Assembly: GCF_004010195.1 (NCBI RefSeq)
Contig: NC_057718.1
Coordinates: 22,356,963-22,420,962, forward strand
From: Chiloscyllium plagiosum
Lineage: Eukaryota
Length of the DNA stretch: 64,000 nucleotides
Direction of reading: 5' to 3'
The notes under the pieces are model-generated. The model was not told the DNA's origin. It made no database searches and worked only from the letters and a program-made list of their open reading frames with translations. The position numbers were made by a program, and so were the translations under genes. Every line of letters starts with the position of its first letter. The first letter of the stretch is position 1. This document shows positions 50,794 through 61,316 of this stretch, piece after piece.

Positions 50794-52166
50794 CACACAG
50801 CGGGTGTAAAGGGGAATTTAACCCTATATATGTTACACAGTGTCTGTGTCCGGGAGTTTAACCCTGTATATATTGTAATGTGTTTCTAGGAGAACTTGCA
50901 TTATTATTAAATATATATAGTATATTATTCTATCATTCACCTGACTTGTGCTTTGTAGTTAATGGCAATGTTTTGGTGAATCATGTGTTGAGTTATTCAC
51001 CACAGAATTCCTTGCTTCTGATCTGTTGCTGATGCAATGGTGTTTATATAGATGGATCAGCTTAGTTTCTGGTCACTGATAAACCCCAGGATGTTGATAG
51101 CATGTCAAGGGGAGATCAGTGTATTCTCTTTTATTGGATATGGTTATTGCCACTTGTGTCACGTAAATATTTCTTGCTACTTATCAGCCCAAGCATTCAT
51201 GTTGTCCAGGCTTTGCTGGACAAATTACAAAAATGTAGCATATGCTTTTACTGGAAAGTATCATTCAAAGATGTGCCAGCATGCCTGTGAAATTTGCATA
51301 ATTTCATTGCTGGATTTTGTTTAGCAATTATGTTTTGACTTATCTTTGATAAATTAACATTGGTCCATTGCTAAAAGGTACAGAGAGTGATTTTGACTGG
51401 TGAGCTGACTGTTTCTGACCTGGGAGCCAGGCCATCAGGAGAGGATTATTGGAAGAGTAGAGGATCCCTGGTTTCTCCATTGATACACAAGGCCTGGTTG
51501 GTGCAATTTTCAAGTGAGCCCTTAAAAGGGAGTGGAACATACTTGTGTGTTTTTGGTAGGCATCTGCTTAAATATAGAGAATATATGTTGTTCATGGCAT
51601 TAATTTGTCACTTCAATGCACAACTATGCAGAGCATGCACAGTGCACTTTCACCCATTCATAATAAATGGTCAATGACCCAATCACTGATCTTAAAGGAA
51701 CTTTTGGTGTCCATTCAAGAAATGCCCCAAAACCTTCATGCAGTCAGCAATGGAATACTCCAATGGCAGACACAACTCCCCGATGATGTTCAAATGTGGC
51801 CAAACCAGAAACTTGTTCAGGCCACTCAATGCCAATTTCAGATGAATGGCGAGGCTGTTGTGCTGATTTACAGGAACATTTGGGCCAAAGTCAAGAATTG
51901 GCCGAATTGGCTTTTCAGAGGATAAATTGTCTGCGTTATTCTGAATATGATTATACTGAAAGCTAAGAAAAGAATGTAGACCAACACATTGCCATGGGAA
52001 TCATGGTGGCTGTTCCTTTAATCATAGGAGGAGGCTGTACATCATTCTCCACCTGTCAGGAAAACTTTAGTCATTCAGTCTGAAGCGGCATTTAAGGGGA
52101 ATCCCTTGTGCATTTCATTGTGCATTTGCAATTGGGAGGGGGATGGAAGGAGCATATTTCACTATT

Positions 52167-53226
52167 TAGAGTCATAGAGTCATAGAGATGTACAGCATGG
52201 AAACAGACCCTTCAGTCCAACCTGTCCATGCCGACCAGATATCCCAACCTAATCTAGTCCCACCCATCAGCACCCGGCCCATATCCCTCCAAACCTTTCC
52301 TATTCATATACCCATCCAAATGCCTCTTAAATGTTGCAATTGTACCAGCGTCCACCACTTCCTCTGGCAGCTCATTCCATACACGTACCACCCTGTGTGT
52401 GAAAAAGCTGCCTCTTAGGTCTCTTTTATATCTTTCCCCTCTCACCTTAAACCTATAGCCTCTGGATTCCCCGACCCCAGGGAAAAAACTTTGCCTATTT
52501 ACCCTATCCATGCCCCTCATAATTTTGTAAACCTCTATAAGGTCACCCCTCAGCCTCCGACGCTCCAGGGAAAAGAGCCCCAGCATGTTCAGCCTCTACC
52601 TATAGCTCAAATCCTCCAACCCTGACAACATCCTTGTAAATCGTTTCTGAATCCTTTCAAGTTTCACAACATTTTTCCGATAGGAAGGAGACCAGAATTG
52701 CACGCAATATTCCAACAGTGGCCTAGCCAATGTCCCGTACAGCCGCAGCATGACCTCCCAACTCCTGTACTCAATATTCTGACCAATGAAAGAAAGCATA
52801 TCAAACGCCTTCTTCACTATCCTATCTACCTGCGACTCCATTTTCAAGGAGCTATGAACCTGCGCTCCCAGGTCTCTTTGTTCAGCAACACTCCCTAGGA
52901 CCTTACCATGAAGTGTATAAGTCCTGCTAAGATTTGCTTTCCCAAAATGCAGCACCTTGCATTTATCTGAATTAAACTCCATCTGCCACTTCTCAGCCCA
53001 TTGGCCCATCTGGTCAAGATCCTGTTGTAACCTGAGGTAACCCTCTTCTCTGTCTAGTACACCTCCAATTTTGGTGTCATCTGTAAACTTACTGACCGTA
53101 CCTCTTATGCTCGCATCCAAATCATTTATGTAAATGACAAAAAGTAGAGGACCCATCACTGATCCTTGAGACACTGCACTGGTCACAGGCCTCCAGTCTG
53201 AAAAACAACCCTCCACCATCACCTTC
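52167..53226 (-). mobile_element. CR1-type LINE 3' 1-kb fragment (relatively young)
   Basis: ORF 52596..53222 reads VSQGSVMGPLLFVIYINDL..SKFTDDTK..WQMEFNSDKCKVLHFG..PLLEYCVQFWSP; (GACTCTAT)n tail. Confidence 0.95.
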
Positions 53227-53229
53227 TGC

Positions 53230-54325
53230 TGAGTAACAATCTCACTCTATCAATTTATGTGACCTCCCCCAAACAGCCTTGCACCCTCTTTCTATCCCAT
53301 CAGTTTTGAACTCCCAAATGTACCCACCCAACTTTTTTTTTAAAAGTTTTCACTACTCCACATTACCTCCTGAATCCCAGGTCTACATTTTAGTTCTGCC
53401 AGCCATCATGATGCACTGTCCCCACCATTGAACCCTCCCTTTATGAATATTGTCATGACTATTTTGTGGTGTTCTTCAGTGAGTACAGAAAATAATTTAT
53501 TTAGTATACATGCCATCACATTGTTTGAGGGAACAGATTGGCCACATTACTAGCATATATATATATAAAACTCCTTCGACCTTTAGAAATGCTGCCTCAG
53601 TGCAAAATTGTGCCTGTTACTGTTGGTGGTTTATGGGCGAATTTGCTTGCTAGAGCAAATAGGGTTTCACTTTCTTAAATGCAGCTGTTTGCTTCTTTTT
53701 TTTGTTTTTGCCAAAGGTAATCTATAATTATTCAAATGCATAAAACCTAATGATTGATCTTGACACTCTCAGGCAGTGTCTTAGCTCTCGTGAATTTTCT
53801 AGACTTGACTATTCCAGTTCCTTTACAGCTTTCACTCTTTTGAAAACAGCAGCTCCTGTAAGATTGTGCTGCATGAATATTATCTACTGCTGCATGGAAC
53901 TACAAATCATCACACTCTTAGCTAATGGCACTATGCCTCTGATTTAAAATTCTCGTCCTCATATTTAAATCTCTCCCTGGGTTTGTACCCCTCTATCTCC
54001 CTCATCAGTTATAAGCTATCAAATTGTTTTTTTTTACTCAAGACTCACATGCTTCACCTCCTTCTCCCTTTTCTCCCTTATATTTCATCTTTCTCTTGTA
54101 TTTTCAGCCCTAATGCACTGGATTCCCTTCTGAAAACACTTGTGCTGCTCTCTTTCCTTTAAGTACCTCCGTACACACCACTTCTTTAACCAAGCTTTTG
54201 ATCACTCTTTCCCAGATTTCCTTTTCACAGCATTTGGTGGACATCTTTAATCCTATGTGAAATATCTTTGGCTATTTTTCTGGTTTGGATAGTTCTATAA
54301 ATGCAAGTTGTTGTTCAACATTTCT
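53230..54325 (+). mobile_element. Old L2-type LINE fragments
   Basis: tctagacttgactattcc (SRLDYS), gatttaaaattctcgtcctc, and the 3' end ctataaatgcaagttgttgtt. Confidence 0.55.
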
Positions 54326-56089
54326 GCTCATGTAATTAATCTAGGAGTTTTGCTTAAGGGTTTATAGTTCAGGGGAATATGGATTTTCAGAAGGGAGAAC
54401 AAGATTTATATTAAACAAACCTTGGGAGCGACACAAGATTGTGTGACTTCAAGGCTTGTCAAGGTCAACTATAATTACTTCCTATTGGAGTTATCCCCAT
54501 TGCTTCTGCCTCTGTGGATGGTGCTGTCAGGTGACTGCATTAGATGTGCTGGTAACTGTAACTGGTTTCAGCAAACAAAGTTTTACTGACATGACAGATT
54601 AAAAAAAAATCGGTTTTGTGCTTGGAATGAGGGAAGAGTCCAATGGTTGCTTATGCACCATTTTATTGGAGCAAGCTGAGTGGTGTCACTCTATTAGGGA
54701 GCTTTCTGGCACACTCTGCTCTGGAAACAGTCCTTTAGAATTCCACGGCATTTTCACTGACATTAGCTGGTGGGGCGAGTGTGCTTTTCTTCAATATATT
54801 GAGGAGAAATGGAACACGTCTTTTAGGATTTGCTTGCAATGACTTTCTGACTAACCTTTGATTTTGTGTGCATATTTAAAGGAGGTAACATGTAATACAA
54901 GAGTATTGTACAATGGATTTGGCCATTTAACTGTTTTACCACTGTGCTGTTGAGATGAGCACTGTTTCGTAAATTGCCCGGTCCCAGTGCATATAACATG
55001 AATAACCCATTGAGAAGATTCCTCATTACTTTTTACAGTGATTTATGTTTGGTAGCAATTGAACTCCTTTCACATAGTATCCTTGGGAGAGCTGATATTC
55101 ATCATGCTGGTATGAACTCAAATTCAAGTGAAATGATACTGTTCTAACCCATTGCACTATTCTGCCCCTTTGTTAAAGACAAATTCTTTATATCATCATT
55201 TCTATGCTGACAACTATTTCTTTAGGGGTTAGAATGCATTACTTTGAAATTCATTGCCTATAAGATTTGAACAGAACAAATCTAAGGGCTTGACCTTGGT
55301 CATTCATTTGGAGAAAAGGTGGGGAACCTCTGATACTGTGGAGTTTCAGTTCAGCATGAAAATGGCTGTGATACGGGTTTCTCTAGGACCCTGTTGTTTT
55401 GCAATTTGCTTGGCTGTTGTCCAAGCCTAATGGAGAGTTATGTCCAACTAAACCTGGAAATATGCTCTGGTGGAATTTGCAGCAGACAAAACTAGAAACA
55501 GCCTCCAAACTTCTGTCAGACCTGTGTATGTCATTGTTCTGAAAATATATGTTGGGCAGGTTGAATACATGATGAGGAGTTAAGGGCTGATAACCAAACT
55601 ACCTTGTATCAAATCGCATTCGGGTTTCTATGATGACACAGATTGGGAAAGGATTGATCTCATTGCACCCCAAATGTTTGATTATTATCAACAAATGCTT
55701 GTGCACAGAATTAAATGGAGTGAGGTCAACCATGAGCAATTACTGTATGACTTTAGTGGCCACTTTAATAAATGTAAGCAGAAAGACTAAACAATCGAGA
55801 TTTGGATGGATGACAATAAACTGTTCTTCAAAACATCCAAGCACAGGTAATTCTTTATGGAATGTATCCTCAAAGGAAACAATTGAGATTGCACCAATGA
55901 GCTACTCTTCAAAAGATCCAAGAATGTTCTTGAAAAATACCTGTAAACATTGAATATATAAATAAGGAGGGTTTTTCAGAATTAGTTTGGGAGCTCAGGT
56001 ACAGAAATTCAGAGCTTCTCCTTTGTATTGTGCATATTGATCACTTTTGTTGTATGTGAATAAAGTCTGTTCCATATAATAAAATGAAT

Positions 56090-56216
56090 AAGAAATATTT
56101 GGAGGGATATAGGCCAAGTGCAGGCATGTAGGACTAGATTAGTTTGGGATTATGTTTGGCGTGGACTGCTTGGACTGAAGGGTCTTTTTCCGTGCTGTAT
56201 GATTCCGTGACTCTAT
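56090..56216 (+). mobile_element. CR1-type 3' terminal fragment
   Basis: ttggagggatataggcc...ttggactgaagggtct.tttccgtgctgtatgattccgtgactctat. Confidence 0.75.
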
Positions 56217-56244
56217 ACTTCATTATAAGGAGTTTTATGTTTAT

Positions 56245-56444
56245 TAAGTATGTAAGTTAGCTCGCTGAGCTTGAAGGTTTGTTTTCAGACATTTTGGCAC
56301 CACACTAGGTAACATCATCGTTGACTGTCACTGATGCTGTTACCTAGTATGGTGACGAAACGTCTGAAAACAAACCTTCAAGCTCAGCGAGCTAACTTAC
56401 ATACTTATCATCAACCTGAGCGACAAATCTTCTCAAAATTGCTA
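56245..56444 (+). mobile_element. Palindromic hammerhead-bearing insertion of a third, unrelated family (probably PLE-derived)
   Basis: Arms 56245-56325 and 56327-56407 with a 1-nt spacer, then a 37-nt tail; exact 14-bp TSD agttttatgtttat at 56231-56244 and 56445-56458. Confidence 0.88.
56327..56368 (+). ncRNA. Minimal hammerhead motif (A9 mutated to C in this arm)
   Basis: tca, CTGATGC, T, GTTACC-TAGTAT-GGTGAC, GAAA, CGTC, tga: 6-bp stem II and 3-bp stem I. The opposite arm retains GATGA. Confidence 0.6.
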
Positions 56445-56667
56445 AGTTTTATGTTTATCCGAAGAACATCCTTTTGAATGATAGAAGGCAGTAGATTGAC
56501 AGGCAGTTGCTACAAGAGTAGTTGCACAGGCCACTCTTAAATTAAACTTTCCACATACCATCTTCTTACTGGTCACTCCTATAACTAATGTTTTGACTGG
56601 GCAAATTGAGGAAACATAGTGGTTGCCAGGTTTCCATTGTCATGTGATTTATATGTTGCCAGGTGTG

Positions 56668-57993
56668 TCATAATTATCAGTTCTGCTTTTTGTCATTTAT
56701 ATAAATGATTTTGAAGTGAATATAGAAGGTTTGTTTAATAAGATTGCAGTTGGCACCAATATCTATTGACTCCATCCACACTTCTCACAGCCTCGGAAAG
56801 GCAGCTAACATAATCAAAGATGCCTCCCACCCTGGTTATAATCTCTCCCAACCTCTTCTGTCAGGGAAAAAAATACAAAAGTTTAAACACAAGGAACAAC
56901 AGATTCAAGAACAGCTCCTTCTCCACTGTTATTAGACTTCTGAATGGACCTCTCAAATTTCAAATTCAATGTTGATCTAGCTCTTTCTGTACCATCACTG
57001 CAGCCATAATAATTCATTCTTTGCTCTGTTCTGTTACTCAGATGCACTTTGTATGACATGATCTGCCAGTACTGCATGCAAAACAATACTTTTCACTATA
57101 CCTACATATATGTGACAATAATAAATCAAATAAATAAAATCAAAAAATTGGTGGTTAAGTGGACAGTGAAGAAAGTTACCTCAGAGTACAATGGAACCTT
57201 GATCAGATGGCCAAATGGGCTGAGGAGTGGCAGATGGTATTTATTTTAGATAAATGTGAGGTGTTGCACTTTGGTAAGGCAAATCAAAGCAGGACTTATA
57301 CACTTAATGGTAAGGTTCTGGGAAGTTTTGCCAAACAAAGAGACCTTGGGATGCAGGTTCATATTTCCTTGAAAACAGAGTTGCAGGCAGACAGGGTAGT
57401 GAGGAAAGTGTTTGGTACGCTTGCCTTTATTGGTCAGTGCATTGAGTATAGGGGTTGGGAGGTCATGTTGTGGCTGTACGGGTCATTGGTTAGACCACTT
57501 TTGGAATTCTGCATTCAATTCTGGTCTGCCTGCTATAGGAAGGATGTTGTGAAGCTTGGAAGTGTTCAGAAAAGATCTACAAGGATGCTACCCAGGTTGG
57601 AGGGTTTGAGCTATCGGGAGAGGCTGAATAGACTGGGGAGTGATCTTATAGATGTTTATAAAACCACAAGGGGCATGGATAGGGTGAATAGCCAATGTCT
57701 TGGGGGAGTCCGAAACTAGAAGACATAAGTTTAAGGTGAGAGAGGAAAGATTTAGAAGAAAGCTAATGGGCAACTCTTTCACGCTGAGAGTGTTGCATGA
57801 GCTGACCGAGGAGGTGGTGGAGGCCAGTACAATTACAACATTTCAAAGACACCCGTATGTGTATGTGAATAGGAAAGGTTTAGAGGATTACAGGCCACAT
57901 GCTAGCAAATGGAATTAGATTAATTTAGGATATCTGGTCTGCATGGACAAGTTGGACCAAAGGATTTTTTTCTGTGCTGTACATCTCTATGAC
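56668..57993 (+). mobile_element. CR1-type LINE fragment interrupted by a Rex/Babar-like 3' end (56759-57142)
   Basis: Host ...gcagttggcacca | aaattggtgg... (ADDTK-IGG motif) is split by the insert KAANIIKDASHPGYNL..RFKNS with an (AAATC)-type tail; ORF 57159..57719 is the CR1 RT C-terminus. Confidence 0.88.
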
Positions 57994-58080
57994 TGATGTC
58001 TTGTTCTTGACTGTTTAGTACTTGCACCTTCTTTATTTCCCAAAGTGTGGGAATAATTAGGACATGTACATAACATGTTA

Positions 58081-59433
58081 TGTCGTGATCTGTGGGAGCA
58101 GTGGTGGTAAAGGACAAAGTAGTTAAAGAGTAACATAATTAAAAAGCACCTTTCCATTTCAAACTGCATGGTGATTATTTTTCTTTCCAAGTTGTAAAGA
58201 CTAGTTTTACATTTGGACTAAAAAAATGGGGAAATATACTATGTTAAACCAAAGACTGTGGAAGGATATGTTGCTGACTTTAAAAATGCAGTGGGAAGGC
58301 TGCTGGACACCTCAGCTCCATGGCTGTGTGTTCAGAGGAGTTTTGCCCAGTGACAGACCTTTGGTGTTTCAACCAGGATTAATTGTGTGAATTCAGGGTA
58401 CTCAGCATAGAAACTTCATGACTGTTTTGTGTGTGAGTTGTTACAGCTCTCTGTCTGGTCAATACAGCAGAAACATCCAGGTCGTGAAAGAGAAAGCATT
58501 TATTTCTCTTTCCATCTTTCCCTATGTGCGTAGAGAAGTAAAACAAAATTCCAAGCAGCTTTTTCTCTTTCTCTCTAAAAACTGCTCTCTCAAAAGGAAA
58601 GGGAGGAAAACCATTTTGAAAGATACTGCAAAGGTGAATCTTCAACCAGTGAATGAAAGATTATGAGTTGTGGTATCCACAACCTAGTGTCCTTATCAAA
58701 GAGGTAAAACAAATTGGAAGAAAACAAACGAATAGAATCCCTACATTATGGAAACAGGCCATTTGGCCCATTGACTCCATACCGATCCTCCGAAGCACAT
58801 CCCACCCAATCCTTGTAACCTTGCAATTCCCATGGCTAATCCAACTCGTCTACTCATCCCTGTACACTTTAGGCAATTTAGCATGGCCAATACACCTAAC
58901 CACATCTTTCAACTGTGGGAGGAAAGCAGAGACCCTGAGGGAAAGCCACATCGACACAGGGAGAATATGCTAACTCTACACAATCACCCAAGGGTGGGAT
59001 CAAATCCAGGTCTCGGGCGCTTGAGGCAGGAGTGCTAACCACTGAATCATTGTACCGCAACCCCCTCCCCAGACCTGTAACCTGGACTGCTGTCAGATCT
59101 ATACTTCACTGACATTTCTGTTCCTTCCCCACCCATAATATTTGTGTCTGGTTTCTTTGTGTGTCTGTTTGTATGGAAATGTTTAAAAGGGATAGAATCT
59201 AACTTATTGAGCATATGTTAGCAATTCATGTTTCTTTCTTGTTATTGATTAAACCTGTCTGATTGCAATAAATAATTATTTTTTCTTAATGATAAAATCC
59301 TGATGCACTTATTCTTACAACCTGAATTCAAAGGTTAGGTGAGATTAGTCAGTTTAATCAGATTTTCACATTTGCAATGTCTCTAGGAAGAGTGGCACTT
59401 GATTTCCAGGCACTGCCCTCGTGAGTCATGGCA
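58081..59433. mobile_element. Possible solo LTR containing an HE1 SINE
   Basis: TG...CA ends (tgtcgtga / tcatggca, imperfect inverted termini); flanks atgtta / aagtta; AATAAA near 59267. Confidence 0.4.
58731..59058 (-). mobile_element. Decayed HE1-type SINE
   Basis: Same order of motifs as 10380-10698 (ggcaatttagcatggccaat, ctgtgggaggaaa, gaggcag.agtgctaaccactg). Confidence 0.85.
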
Positions 59434-60439
59434 AAGTTATTTCAATTTTATGGCACAAGCCCATTTCTTTCATCAGATATGATGCTAAACAAGTCTGTTA
59501 ACATGAAGCAAAATTGGTATTTCTGAAGTTGTCAAATTGATTAAGATAGTCAAGTGAATAGTGGAAAGGCATGCAGCAGATTTCAGGCTTGACTTATGTA
59601 TTGTTCTTGCTGTAGGCTGACAATGGTCAGTTGTAATGAGTCTGTGTAAGTGTGTACCATTTAGGTCAGGAGTAACATGCTTTAAATGGGAATGAAATTG
59701 TTGTTTATCAAAATTGCAGTTTAGGGCAAATGGAAGAGGTTTCCAGCAAATAATGCTCGATTGATTAGCATTATTAATCTTGAAAATCATTTAAGCAATT
59801 AGATATAAACTGATTTAGCTTTTTATAACTAATGGGATTTACACATGCAATAATAAAGCTGTCATCAGGAATTGAGGTTTTTAATGAGGATTCCATGTGT
59901 GCATGAAACATTTTTTCCTCCTCTTTTTTACACATTATTATTCTCTGTGGTTGGCTAATGCTTAATGCTTTCCAAGCACGTCACACTAAAGCAATTTGAT
60001 TCCCTGTAGTGTAGGACATTTTTTTTCTTGAGTATGTCTATGAACCTTTTGATGAAGAGAGGTCTTATTGAAAATGCTGTCATTTTCCTTGGGGAAAAAA
60101 AGCTACACAGTGAACAATAATCTAAGAACATAATATAAATATTTGATCCTTAAGGTCCTAATCTGTTATAGAGATATTCCTCCTTTCGCTATGGTTTGTT
60201 TTTCTTGTGGTTGACTTACATGCTTAAATTACATTAAAGCGTATGTCAGGAATTGAATTCAATAATTCTCATGGACATACTTTATTTTATATTTTAATGG
60301 CAATACCATCAAGTTCATCTGTTCCCTGCAATAAAACAGACATTGTGCTAACCTTCGCACAAAATGTCTCAAAGGAAAGCAAACATTAGTCATTTTTTGG
60401 GTTTTCTTTTGTGTTTAAATTATGTGGCTGAACCAACAA

Positions 60440-60930
60440 GCTGTTAGCTTTACTGGCAAGGGACCAGAAATGAGGAACGTCAGTAATACTGAGAACCTGA
60501 ATAAGCTGGGGCTACTCAGCCTAGGGCAAAGGCTAAAAGGGAATTTGATTTGTCCAATATTGTGCGGTTTTTATAGAGCAAGTGAAGTAAAACTGTTTGT
60601 GTCAGCAAAAAAATTGTTAACTAGGAGACTACAGATTTAAGGTGATTGGCAAAAGAGCCAGAAGCAGGGTGAGGAATGCTCTTTTTTTGCATAGCAAATT
60701 GTGACCTGGAATTACTGCCTGAAAGGTGGTGAAAGCAGATTCAATAATGATATTTGAAAGGGGATTAGATAAATGCTAGAAAGAGTGAAACAAAAAGCTG
60801 CAGAGTCATGATTAAAGAGTGGGGGGAGTGTTGTTGGGAAAAGTGGGGAATGGTGGCAGGGTGAGAGACAAGTTGGATGGCTCTGCTAAAGAGTGATACT
60901 GGGCCAAATAGTTTCATTCTGTGTTTACAG
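60440..60930 (+). mobile_element. Old CR1-type 3' fragment; another lies at about 62600-62905
   Basis: LNKLGLLSLGQRLKGNLI in ORF 60422..60640; CR1-like 3' UTR. Confidence 0.6.
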
Positions 60931-61197
60931 GATTGGTTCAGTTCCCTGCCAATAAAGTACTCATCTCAGATAAATCATGAAGGCGGGCTCCAAAGTTAGG
61001 TGGCTGCTTCCCAATGCAGGCAAAAGATATAGAGAGAAAAATCACTCTAATACAGTTGCACTGATGGGAGGTTGGCTGGTTCTTTCTGTTCTTTTGGCAG
61101 ATGATGGCATGTAATAGAGAGAGGAAAATAATAACAGTCTTAAATATAGTAAAATGAAGCATTCATTGAACTAGCTGATTTTAATTTTTACCAACAG

Positions 61198-61316
61198 GAA
61201 TCCTTGAAGTTTTACACTGTGTACTTGTGGAAAGTCCTGAAGCTTTGAACATTATCAAGGAAGGGCACATTAAGTCTATAATTTCCTTGCTAGATAAACA
61301 TGGAAGGAATCATAAG
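61198..61316 (+). CDS. RYR2: RYR2 exon 18-equivalent (119 nt): (G)[39 protein letters not shown]
   Basis: tttttaccaacag|GA ATC ... AAG|gtatgt. Confidence 0.97.
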
